A stretch of DNA of 64,000 bases, from the NCBI RefSeq assembly GCF_001194135.2, contig NC_068985.1, positions 96,169,240 to 96,233,239 on the forward strand. The letters are read 5' to 3'. Under the pieces are notes generated by a model. It saw only the letters and a program-made list of their open reading frames with translations, was not told the DNA's origin and did no database searches. Of the stretch, positions 39,479 to 50,902 are shown one piece after another. Source of the DNA: Octopus bimaculoides (taxonomy: Eukaryota). The position numbers were made by a program, and so were the translations under genes. Within the stretch, counting starts at the first letter, position 1; each line of letters opens with the position of its first letter.

Positions 39479-39627
39479 TTATATATTACAAAGTAAGCCA
39501 ACAATCAAATATATGAGGTGCATTCTGTTTCAACAGTATCGTTTACTGTGTCAGAATGAGTGCTTGTTACACAAACTAATTTATCATAAGCTAATTTTAG
39601 GAAATCTATCAAAGGCAACTTTGTGTT
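39479..39627 (-). pseudogene. HSF2BP: HSF2BP downstream exon homologue with an apparent 1-nt frameshift (disabled exon or assembly error)
   Basis: Strong T-rich acceptor tttttgttttttttttatgagcaacag and donor gtaagg. Frame 0 gives NTKLPLIDFLKLAYDKLVCVTSTHSDTVNDTVETE, then CTSYI* (TGA 39505-39507). The shifted frame continues MHLIYLIVGLLCNI, collinear with human SQFVFALAGIVTNV. Confidence 0.5.
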
Positions 39628-40431
39628 CTGTTGCTCATAAAAAAAACAAAAACTATTATGACAAACCACAGGTTCTTAAAAAAGAAGAGATTTATTTTTC
39701 TGTACACATTGTCTTCTATACTTTTCCAGCTTAAATAATAAATTCTCTTGTAATTCGATATTCTTGAAGATTGTATTTATTGCTAAAATACAATACTATA
39801 TCGATTGAAGACATTTTACTCTTGTTTTCATGTGTATACATACACATTGTATTTGTATACATTTATGAGCAGCGTTTCTATAGAGTAATGTACAGTATCA
39901 CCTTGAAGCTGCCAAAAGACAACTAAAGAAAAAAAATAATGAAAAGAATCATTAAGCAAAGGAAGAAAAGAAACAAAAACTATCAAAGAAGAGTCAATAT
40001 TTTCTTTGAAGCAGAATAAGCAGTGTTTGGCTTTGGTAAGTAAACTGAGGTCATAAACACTAATAATGTATTTTAGAAAAGTATAAACATCACAACTTTA
40101 CATTTCCTATTTCCTACACATCAGAAAAGTTATATTTCTGTATGGCGACAGAGTGGATCTCTATCTACCCTGAGTAAAGGTAATGAATTCAATAGATTGG
40201 TAGAACTTGTCATAACATAGGTACAGTGCACAGCAGGGATGTTTTCTCTACATTGTATAGTGGTAAGAAACACAAGAAAACTGAACAGCAGATCTTCAGA
40301 GAAGAAACTCACCTCAAGCAAGTGTTTTGGCCCTTAAATTCTTACATTCTAAAGGGGCCGTGCCACATCCAGTTCATGACCCCTGGGTGCCCTTCTGCTG
40401 ACACGTTTTGGCCACTTGGATATCAGAGATA

Positions 40432-40820
40432 CTCTCTCTTTTTACTCTTTTACTTGTTTCAGTCATTTGACTGTGGCCATGCTGGAACACCACCTTTAGT
40501 CGAGCAAATCGACCCCAGGACTTATACTTTGTAAATCTAGTACTTATTCTATTGGTCTCTTTTGCCGAACCACTAAGTTATGGGGATGTAAACACACCAG
40601 CATCGGTTGTCAAGCGTTGTTGAGGGGGACAAACACAGACATATATACATATACATATATACGACGGGCTTCTTTCAGTTTCCATCTACCAAATCCACTC
40701 ACAAGGCTTTGGTCGGCTCAAGGCTATAGTAGAAGACACTTGCCCAAGGTGCCATGCAGTGGGACTGAACCCTGAACCATGTGGTTGGTAAGCAAGCTAC
40801 TTACCACACAGCCACTCCTG
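40432..40820 (-). mobile_element. SINE family A, full length
   Basis: tactcttttacttgtttcagtcatttgactgtggccatgctgg...ttaccacacagccactcctg. Confidence 0.9.
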
Positions 40821-41048
40821 CGCCAAGATGCGTGCATATAACTACACAATAACAGTACACATGCTGTGGATCATGCTCACCCCACTTTCTTAACACTCTT
40901 TGCATATCCTCTACACTCAGTACCCATGTCTCACTAGTATGCAGCATTGCAGTTCATACACATGCATCATACAATCCACCCTTCACTCAGGAAGAGAAAT
41001 CCCTTGTCAGTAGAGATAATATCTCCTTGAACTTTTTCTGCACTATTC

Positions 41049-41995
41049 TAATTGGCTGACCAAAAAGTACATTCAGTTTTTGCCAACACTAAACTTCATG
41101 CACTCTAAAAAGCTGCTCACTTCAGTCTGCCTCTTGCATATGCACACTTGTTAGCTACTTAACTCTTCAACATAATTCAATGCAAACTTGCAACAAGACA
41201 CATATTTTATGTATTTGGAGAACCAAAATGAACATTATCGACACTTCGAGCTTTCTTATTTTAAAAAAGGCAAGAAAGTGGCGAAAACCTGAGGGAGGAT
41301 ATGCATTGAATACAGGGAGACTGCTGTTAGGGAACATGTGTGTCAGCTGTGGTTTTCAAGATTTTAACCAGGAAATTTTTCAGTTCAAGATGCACGACTG
41401 TCCAACCAGCTGAGATTAAGAGCAACACCAAACTCTGTTATATGACCAGAAGGATTACAGATATTCTCCAAATATCCAAATCAAATGTTGAAAACCAACT
41501 GCATCAACTTGGTCATGTCAGCAGGTTTGATGACTGAGTTCTACATCAGTTGGATAAAGCTAACTTTGCCCAACAGATTTCTATCTGCAATTTGTTACTT
41601 CATCGAAAGTGGGTTATGCTTTCAATTTGATGAGATTGGAAGGGTGTTGTCTTTTAAGAGCTTCTTCCCATAAACAGGACCATCAATTTGGATGTGTACT
41701 GTGACCAATTGGACAAAATTAAATGCAGTGATCTACCAGAAGTGTCCAGCACTTGCTAATAGTAAGGGCATTGTCATTCATTATAACAATGCCTGCCAGA
41801 CTACACACTTCTTTGCAGACATGGCAGAAGTTACTGGGGCTTGGCTGGGAAGTTTTGCAGCTGCATATTCACCTGACCTTGCACCTTCAGATTTCCACCT
41901 GTTTCAATCTCATCAAAATTCATTGAATGCACAGACCTTCAACTCGCACCAGTAAAGACAGGAAATCCATCGAACAGAGAATAATGGATCTTCCC
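41049..41995 (+). mobile_element. Decayed, internally deleted mariner transposon
   Basis: TIR-like ta-attggctgaccaaaaagtac. Frameshifted transposase fragments include CPALANSKGIVIHYNNA and AYSPDLAPSDFHLFQS (mariner YSPDLAP motif). Confidence 0.85.
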
Positions 41996-42264
41996 ACAAT
42001 ATATCTTCCCAAAACCCCTTCCCAAAACCCCTTCCCTCTACCTATGTCCACTCATTACACCCCTTCCCTCCATCTACCACTCTACTTTCACAATCTCATA
42101 AACTCACCTGCTCATCCTCTTGAATCCCCACCTCCCCTCTTCTTCTCACTCTCTACCTGAAGTAGCCATGTTTCCCTTCTAATGTAAGGCTCCTTTTTTC
42201 TGCTACCTCCCTCAATACTAATTCCCTTCTCAGTTGAGGTGGTGGGGGAGGAAGGTCTTGCAAG

Positions 42265-42452
42265 TTATCCATGTCACATAAAAAGCATCCAGTACACCCT
42301 GTCAAGTGGTTGGCATTAGGAAGGGCATCCAGCCATAGAAACCCAACCAAAACAGACAACAGGGATTGGTGCAGTCTCCTGATTTGCCAGTTCTTGTGAA
42401 ACCATTCAACCCATACCAACATGGAAAACAGATTTTAAATGATGATGATGAC
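42265..42452 (+). mobile_element. RTE LINE 3'UTR fragment
   Basis: ggcattaggaagggcatccagccatagaaacc...ccataccaacatggaaaacagattttaaatgatgatgatga. Confidence 0.75.
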
Positions 42453-43034
42453 GAAATATAACTTTTCTGAAGAAGAACATATCCAATACACATAGCCTCA
42501 GTGCATGCCATACAGTAACCATTTGACTAATCTTTTATATATGATTTAATACACTATAAACAATCATATATGATGTCAAACTGTGCAAATGCTCCAAAAA
42601 AAGTCCCACGATTAAATGTGTCAAAACATGACTGATAGATTAAATATCAAGATCTATGAGCATAAGTTCTCAAAGGTATTCCTTTGAATAACATTGCACA
42701 ATCTCACAGTTATATAACCCAAATTACTTTGATTTCTATAAAGAAATGTAGTATTTTATGTGTGTGAAAGCATCGTCTTTCTCAGAGAGAAAACACCAAA
42801 TGATTAATTGTAATTTTTAGTTTCAAAGAATTTCCATGTCAAAATTAACCTTCATGTTAACTGCAGTGATTGGACTTTTGTGGGTCAACTTTTAAGGATA
42901 TATTCAAAATTCTCACAGAAATGAGTAAAAGATCTGTAAGAAAATCTTAGAAGAGATTACAAAGAAAATCATGAACTTAAAGAAATTTCCTTAATTCTTG
43001 AACATGTATGATCTATATATAGGGATACTATTAA

Positions 43035-43254
43035 CCCTTTAGTATTTAAACCAACCGTGTCCAACCCAAATATTATCCCTGCTTTATGTTCAAACCAGCC
43101 AGATCTGGCCTCTTACATCTACCCTACAATACCATCCTAGAAATAAACAATCACATTATTGAAATATTGAAGCTATGAGATGATGTACAATCAATTCAAA
43201 ACATTGTAAATAAATAAGCATTACATTTGACAGAGTAATCTGAATATTAAAGGG
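43035..43254. mobile_element. 220-bp MITE, piggyBac-like, opposite orientation
   Basis: ttaa|ccctttagtatttaaacc...cagagtaatctgaatattaaaggg|ttaa; same length as, and reverse complement of, the 36.5 kb copy. Confidence 0.8.
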
Positions 43255-43857
43255 TTAAAGACAATTTTATCATAGATATGGAGGATGATAGATAATGAAT
43301 CAGCTGATAAGATATTTGACACAAAAGGTATCAAACGGTGTTCATCTTTAATACCATTTTTGAGCACAAAAATTAGAGTAAATGAGTATTATTTTTTTCA
43401 TTGCATCTAAAAAAACTTATAAGTTGAACATAATTCTCATATGAGTGAAAGGATAATTTTCTTTCACTGTCTCCTATTTTACAGAAAAATAAAAATAAAA
43501 ACTAAAAGAGGCCTTTACAGAATTTTGAAAACTTGATTTCCATGATAAGTGGAAATTTTGGCTTTTTAACATTAAACAAAGAACACAGTGATAAGTACTC
43601 AATGCTTTCTGTTGTTATTTTATTCGCTGTCTGGGCCCATTTTTTTATACTGTTCCCCTTGTTCTTCTGACCTTAATAACTTTCTCTATTTACTTACTTT
43701 AGTTGTATTAGACTGAAGATTTTCTTCAATGAAACTGGTACATAAGCAATTCTCACTTCTTTGGGCATAATAATGATACAATTAGTTGTAACAGGGTTGC
43801 AGTGTGAATACCTCTGTCATATTACAAGCTAACTGCAAGGTTTGTCCTTAAACACTC

Positions 43858-44862
43858 GTTGTCGTCGTCGTTTAACGTCCGCTTTCCATGCTAGCATGGG
43901 TTGGACGATTTGACTGAGGACTGCTGAAACCAGATGGCTACACCAGGCTCCAATCTGATTTGGCAGTGTTTCTACAGCTGGATGCCCTTCCTAACGCCAA
44001 CCACTCAGAGAGTGTAGTGGGTGCTTTTACGTGTCACCCGCACAAAGGCCAGTCAGGCGGTACTGGCAACAGCCACGCTCATCTCGCTCGAGAAACCTCA
44101 TGTGTCACCAGCACAAGAGCCAGTCCAGGGGCACCGGCAACGATCTTGCTCGAAAAACCTCATGNNNNNNNNNNNNNNNNNNNNNNNNNNNNNNNNNNNN
44201 NNNNNNNNNNNNNNNNNNNNNNNNNNNNNNNNNNNNNNNNNNNNNNNNNNNNNNNNNNNNNNNNNNNNNNNNNNNNNNNNNNNNNNNNNNNNNNNNNNNN
44301 NNNNNNNNNNNNNNNNNNNNNNNNNNNNNNNNNNNNNNNNNNNNNNNNNNNNNNNNNNNNNNNNNNNNNNNNNNNNNNNNNNNNNNNNNNNNNNNNCACT
44401 GGCAACGATCTCGCTCGAAAGATTTCAGGTGTCGCCCGCACAAGAGCCAGTCCAGGGGCACTGGCAACGATCTCGCTCGAAAGATTTCATGTGTCGCCCG
44501 CACATGAGCTAGTCCAGGGGCACCGGCAACGGTCTCGCTCGAAAAACCTCATGTGTCACCCGCACAAGAGCCGGCCCAGGGGCGTCGCCTGCACATGAGC
44601 CAGTCCAGGGGCACTGGCAAAGAACCCGCTCAAAACATTTCATGTGTCACCCGCACTAGAGTCAGTCCAGGGGCACTGGCAATGATCTCGCTCGAAAGAT
44701 ATCATGTGTCGCCCGCACATGAGCCAGTCCAGGGGCTCTGGCAACGATCCCGCTCGAAAGATTTCATGTGTTGCCCGCACATGAGCCAGTCCAGGGGCAC
44801 TGGCAACGATCCCACTCAAAAGATTCATGTGTCGCCCGCACATGAGCCAGTCCAGGGGCACT
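43858..44862 (-). mobile_element. RTE LINE 3'UTR with expanded 62-bp minisatellite
   Basis: Reverse complement of the same tail (gtcgtcgtcgtttaacgtccgctttccatgctagcatggg), followed by tandem units catgtgtcgcccgcacatgagccagtccaggggcactggcaacgatctcgctcgaaagattt. Confidence 0.88.
44090..44862. repeat. Minisatellite, about 62-bp period, at least 8 visible units plus a gap
   Basis: ctggcaac at 44461 recurs as ccggcaac at 44523 (period 62). The N gap 44165-44396 lies inside the array. Confidence 0.9.
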
Positions 44863-46999
44863 AATGATATATAATACCAGCTTTTACAATACAAATGAAC
44901 TACCACTAGTTATGCTCACTATAAAACCTAACGTGCACAGTTTCTATGAAGAGATACCCAAACATTTATAAATATATAAAACAGATCCACTGATTACTGT
45001 AATGAGAGCTTTGTCTACTCATTAGACTTAACCAGACATGCATAATTTCTTTTAGAGAACAAAACAACTTTTACTACAGACATGATAAAAACCCAGTCAC
45101 ATTTATCAGCAGAAACACAGTTACCACACATATAAAGGAAACATATGTATCACATTCTCCTTATTCATGAACACTTAACCCTTCACACACAGAGCAAAAA
45201 ATGCTAAGTTACACAAATTCTAATGACCTGTCATGGAAACTACATTCTAAGGCTTCTTCTTTAAGATCATGAAATACTTCAGTTTATTTATTTTTTTTTT
45301 TTTATATATATATCCCTGACAAATCAGAAGTGCATCTCATACTACAGAACTGCTCTCATATCTGAAGCAGCTGGCAAAACATCATTTACCAGCATGTTAC
45401 AACCACAAGCTTAACAATGAACTGTATTATGCCTCTGTTTTTCTATATTAGCTTACATAGAAGTTTTTCTTTGCATGAAGAGTAAGTTGTGTGACACTAA
45501 GTGTGAGTTGAAAGAGAGTGATTCAGGAGTTATGGGAAAACAACAAGCTGAATTTGATTGTTTTATACAACATGCAAACTTGAGAAACAAGCTGAATGTG
45601 AGTTACAGCAGAAATTAAATTTCAACACAGCCTACACATATGGAGAAAGGATTCTGTTTGAGTCAATGTGAGAATAGTTCCACCACTCTTTTTGAAAATA
45701 GAGGCAGGATAGAAGAATACATTGTTAAATTAGTGGCTGTAGTGAGTTGACGAGTTAAGTTTTACTGATATAGACATGATATAAGTGGATGATGCATGCT
45801 CTGGAAATACTTTTAGCAAACTGGTAAGTGCTAGCGTTTCATGCAGAAAGCAACTTAAAATAATTAATTAACTGGAAAAAATTCTAACCCATAACAAATT
45901 AAATATTAGCCAATATACCTACATGGTGAGGAAAATAAATTTACATAGCTATGTAGACACTGGAAATAAAGATGTTATTATTTCCAGGTGGTGCAATAAA
46001 TATTTAACAATGTCTAAAATCTTCTTTGGTAGTCTGAGCATCTAAATTAGATTTGTATAATTGTTTTAACATTATTTGCAGCAGTGTTTCATGCATGGAT
46101 CACTTTTTAGTTATAACAGTGTGTTCTTTGGTGCAGCTCTGCAATGATATATGCTTATTATTTAGTTACTACATGGCTGTAAATGCACGCCCAATCCCTC
46201 TTTCAACACACACACACACACAAAATACTAGACTACAACCTTCCATAGCTTATAAAAATAATTAACATCTTATGCCAATAAGAATATATTTGTAATCTTG
46301 ATATGAAGCATCATCTTTTATCAATTTGATTTAACTGGTCATTTTATTACTTTGTTTTTGACTCAAAAGCTAATTTGTATCAACCAAAATTATTATACCA
46401 GCTGCATTGTGTTTATGATGATCCTACAAAGCACTAATTTACAAGTAACTTTATCTTAAATTAAGAAGTACATGTAATTTGCTTTCCGGTTGTTTAAATC
46501 TTCACTTTAATTTTCTAATCTTAAATGATTTCAGTAAGTGTCAATATATGATGTCAATAAGACACTGAATAATCAGCAATTGAAATCTAGCAGTGACACA
46601 TAGTTCATCAAACTATGGTCTATGATATGCAATCAATAGAGAAGATAGGGTCTGATACTAGACAAACATTAAACATTATTCAAATATGATAAATTAGCCT
46701 ATTCTACAATAAAAGTTCTATGAAACTATGCAAGTTATATTATTAACAGTAAGAATATCATTTCTGAGTAATAGAGAAAATGTTTGTTGGACTTTTTCCA
46801 ATGTTTTTTTTATCTAACCCATAACCTAAAAAAATTCTTTCAAAATATTAACCCCCAGTATTTCTCCCACCATCACAGTTAAGCCTGATCTTCAGTCATG
46901 GGAGACCTATAAAGTGTATGGGTCCTCCTCTTTCTTCTAAAAGAAAACACATTTTAAAAAGGCAATATTTTTAAGTAGTAAATCTTGGTAACAACTTAC

Positions 47000-47149
47000 T
47001 CCCACTAGTATGGCTTGAATGCTTTCCTCAGAACGTGACACTCTCCATAACAAAGTACAACAAGCTGATCCTAAGCTGGAGGTATAATCCGATTGTTGAT
47101 TAATCTGTTCACTCAGTTCTCGGACTTGCTGAGACAACTGAAGGTTACG
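47000..47149 (-). CDS. HSF2BP: Internal coding exon of heat shock factor 2-binding protein (HSF2BP/MEILB2) orthologue
   Basis: 150-nt phase 0-0 exon between acceptor tcacatttcag and donor GGA|gtaagt. It translates RNLQLSQQVRELSEQINQQSDYTSSLGSACCTLLWRVSRSEESIQAILVG, matching the remembered human segment EKLALRQQLNEAKQQLLQQAEYCTEMGAAACTLLWGVSSSEEVVKAILGG (same 50-aa length; QQxxY..G.A.CTLLW.VS.SEE...AIL.G). Confidence 0.88.
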
Positions 47150-47351
47150 CTGAAATGTGAAAATGGAAAGAGGTAAATTATTTCAGATACTGTCAAAATT
47201 ATAATTGTTCACTAAAAATAAACTTCCAATAATACATGGAAAAAAATTATTTCAATGCAAACTATCTAATTATCCGGTGCTGCCAAATGAAAATAAATTT
47301 TAAAAAAATTATGTTAATGACTTTATTTAAAAAGAAGCATAGAAATTAAAC

Positions 47352-47435
47352 CTTTGCTAATATATCTGAATTAGCATCTAACAAATCTTCTAAATCATTG
47401 AATCTCTCAGTAACTCTAACACAGCAATCTTGCTT
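47352..47435 (-). CDS. HSF2BP: Probable upstream HSF2BP coding exon (coiled-coil region)
   Basis: 84-nt phase 0-0 exon with strong acceptor attttcattcttatttttccctcag and donor AAG|gtttaa. It encodes KQDCCVRVTERFNDLEDLLDANSDILAK; KQDC recalls human KMDC, and it joins the 47149 exon in frame across a 202-nt intron. Confidence 0.62.
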
Positions 47436-47687
47436 CTGAGGGAAAAATAAGAATGAAAATATGAGAGAAAATGTTAAGAAAAGTTTCAAGAGAAAGAGAA
47501 TAATTCTGTTCATGGAATCTATATTATGTTTTTCCACTTCAATAACAGAAACTTGTTGAGGTGTATACATCTTGACAAGTTTTTATTATCAAACTGGAAG
47601 AAACCCTCAGCCTTCCACCCACTGAATCAGGCACACTGTTAAATTCACTTTATCCTTTTCTCCATACAATTACTTCCACTAAATATA

Positions 47688-48016
47688 GGAGTGGCTGTGT
47701 GGTAAGTAGCTTGCTTATGAACCACATGGTTCCGGGTTCAGTCCCACTGCATGGCACCTTGGGCAAGTGTCTTCTACTATAGCTTCGGGCCAACCAAAGC
47801 CTTGTGAGTGGACTTGGTAGATGGAAACTGAAAGAAGCCCGTCGTATATATATATATATGTATGTATGTATGTATGTGTGTGTATATGTTTGTCCCCCCA
47901 ACATCGCTTGACAACTGATGGTGGTGTGTTTATGTCCCCATAACCTAGCAGCTTGGCGAAAGATACCGATAGAATAAGTACTAGGCTTACAAAGAATAAG
48001 TCCTGGGGTCGATTTG
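47688..48016 (+). mobile_element. SINE family A, 3'-truncated
   Basis: aggagtggctgtgtggtaagtagc...agtcctggggtcgatttgct. Confidence 0.88.
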
Positions 48017-49319
48017 CTGGCATGTGTTGAATGGATGGGTATGTGTGTGCTAATTTTCTTGCTGTACAATACAATACTAAATCTAGCATTAAAAATATTT
48101 TACTGGCAACACTAATTATTAACATCTTTTTATACTTAATTCAGTTCTCCCTCCACTAATAATAACAAAAATATGCAACAATAGAAATGGAAAGATAAGG
48201 GTATGAAGACGCAGACATATTCTATCTCTTAACCATTTTAGAATACATCCAAAACATCCTTCTAAAACAATTAGGAAACAAAAATCATACAAGTTACAAT
48301 ATGTAAAATAACCAATTTACATGAAAAACTAAAAATGCATTTTATATATAAAACCAGACATAAATATCAAAGGCTCAACACTTCTGAAACTTTTAATTTC
48401 AAGCACCTGCAGAAGAATTACTAAGCAACAAATTGTAAAAACATTATTCTTTACTCTATGCGCTAACCTATTTCAAAGTATTTTTGATTGATTCAAAAGA
48501 CAATCATAATTCATTCCTTATTCAACTAGAAAATCTTACTGTATACATTAAGCATCTGATTATTCTCTGTTATTCATTCATCAGTAATGCACCCAACACA
48601 CACCCTTATATGGTGATTATCAAAGTATCTGACTCTCAATATGTCAACAAATATTCATACATCTATTGCTTTGTTAATGGATGGCTCTTCCCAATCCCTA
48701 AATCCATGTAACTAACACTCCTAACCCACATAGACATTACATTATACACAAACAGAATTATGATCATGAAAATCTTAACAGCTAATTCATAGTCTGTTCA
48801 TATTTATGGATAATTTCTGATTGCAAACATTAAACAAATGTGTGGCCTACATTTGATATTAGCTGAATAGTCTATCCTCATCATAATCAACATCCTTTTT
48901 CCATGCTGAGATGGACTGGACTGGTTGCCATGGATTGAGTTGATTTTTATTTGGAGTTACTGCCTGCCTAGATGAATCATGGATCATCATGTCTCATTCA
49001 TACATTCCAATTTTTGGCATGGTTTATGATTGCATATCTTTCCCCATCACCTGCCACTTTATAGATTGTACTGGGTGCATTTTATCATAGCACCAGCACT
49101 AGAAATGTTACCCTGTACTTGGAAAGATAAAGGAGTCTACTTCACCCCATAATATTTCTGTTCAGTCATCAAACACTTCACGGCATGCATTGAGTGTTAG
49201 TATCATCATTACAGAAGGCTGCCCTTTCCTCAAATGCATGTAACAAAGTGGACTCTGCTAAAAGGAACCTGGGACCAGGTGATGTAAAATCAAATTATGG
49301 ATTAAGTCTACTACACAAG

Positions 49320-49620
49320 TGTGGAGGCACATGACCTAGTGGTTAGAGCAGCAGACTCGTGGTTGAGGGATCGTGGGTTCAGATCTCAGATCGGGTGATG
49401 AGTGTGTTTATGAGCGAAACACCTGAGCTGCACACGTCTCCAGCAGACGGTAATGGCGAACATCTGCTGATTCTTTGCCAGAACTTTTGCTCACTCTTAC
49501 CTCCTGCATCTAGCAGCTCACCAGTGATGGACCAGTGTCCTGTCCAGGTGGGGAACCTATACGCTAGTGAAACCGGCCCTTATGAACCAGGCATGGCTTG
49601 AGAAGGAACAAACAACAACA
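49320..49620 (+). mobile_element. tRNA-derived SINE family C (about 300 bp)
   Basis: A-box tgacctagtgg, B-box gggttcagatctc, 3' end gagaaggaacaaacaacaaca; a second copy lies at 62.4 kb. Confidence 0.85.
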
Positions 49621-50171
49621 CTTCACAAGTCGGCTACAGCATCATTTCAACTGTACTCACTCAATTCAGAAAATTAAAATTTATATTAATTAGAACCATT
49701 TTCCATTGATTATTCTAAATCTAAGAGAAAGCAAATTTTATTTAAAACCCATATTCATGTATTGTCTTATTATTTTTATAATCAGTAAGGCAGTATTTAT
49801 TGCAAAAATAAATATATCAAGTTAGAAACCAAACAAATAAATGAAATGAACTAAAAATCACACAAGTGTAGCTATTTGTTTTCTCTATATTGTTTGTTTT
49901 TAATATGAAGGATTAGTTTCACAGCAATAAAAGTTAATGATACACTAAAACGTTCTTTTCACATAAATAATGTAATTAGAATACTTTCGATTATGCAAAG
50001 TGAAGAAATAATTCTCCAATATTTCTGATCATAGGTAAAGCATTAAACTGAAACTAACTACTTCAGACCTCCCAGGTAGAAAAAGAAACAAAAAAAAAAA
50101 AAAACCCTTTAAAATGAAGAACAATTTAGAAAAATTATAAANNNNNNNNNNGATGATGACAGATGAAAGAT

Positions 50172-50173
50172 AT

Positions 50174-50223
<50 letters not shown>

Positions 50224-50235
50224 TAATAATAATAA
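50172..50235. repeat. (AAT)n microsatellite
   Basis: Directly visible. Confidence 0.95.
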
Positions 50236-50595
50236 GTTATCTGTAGAGTAACAGTAAAGGAACATGTTAAAAGGGTAGAAAGCTATGATGACATAATTAA
50301 GAGATTAGAGCAGAAAAGAAAAAAAAAAATTTTGTCAGATAAAGAATATGTTTTCCTACTATCACTTAACTCTGTGGAGACAAGTCTATTGATGTTTTTA
50401 CACTAAAGTAGGAGCTGCAAAAAAAAAAGTGTAATTATTTAAAATTCTACAAACCATCCTCCTCCATCTGAATCAACATCATATATTTATTACACACACA
50501 CACACACACACACACATCTTGAAGAAGGGAACTATTCTTCTTTCAAGCACAAAAATAGTGGGGATGCTAAATTGACATAGTCATCTTATTATAAT

Positions 50596-50900
50596 CTTTT
50601 CTACTCTAGGTACAAGGCCCTAAATTTAGTTGATTAGATCGACCCCAGTATGCCACTGGTACTTAATTTATCAACCTCAAAAGAATGAAAGGCAAAGTCG
50701 ACCTTGGCAGAATTTGAACTCAGAACATAAAGACAGATGAAATACTGATAAGCATTTTGCCTGGTGTGCCAACGTTTCTTATTTCTTATTTCTTTATTGC
50801 TCACAAGGGGCTAAACATAGAGGGGACAAACAAGGACAGACAAAAGGATTAAGTCGATTACATCAATCCCACTGCGTAACTGGTACTTAATTTATTGACG
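50596..50900 (-). mobile_element. SINE family B plus the 3' part of a tail-variant B copy
   Basis: cttttctactctaggtacaaggcc...gccaacgtttct, followed by atttcttatttctttattgctcacaagggg...ggtacttaattt. Confidence 0.82.
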
Positions 50901-50902
50901 TT

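Noticed and set aside
40130-40250. Minus frame ENIPAVHCTYVMTSSTNLLNSLPLLRVDRDPLCRHTEI*
   Set aside because: No recognisable family, weak splice context, and it does not align with HSF2BP.
43960-44906. Overlapping repetitive ORFs; array superficially like a CRISPR or repeat protein
   Set aside because: Units are contiguous 62-bp repeats without unique spacers, lie inside an RTE 3'UTR, and are open in several frames; there are no cas genes and the context is eukaryotic.
48340-48406. Acceptor ttcttctgcag followed by VLEIKSF, like HSF2BP VMQIRDF
   Set aside because: Only 7 aa of similarity and no good in-phase donor.
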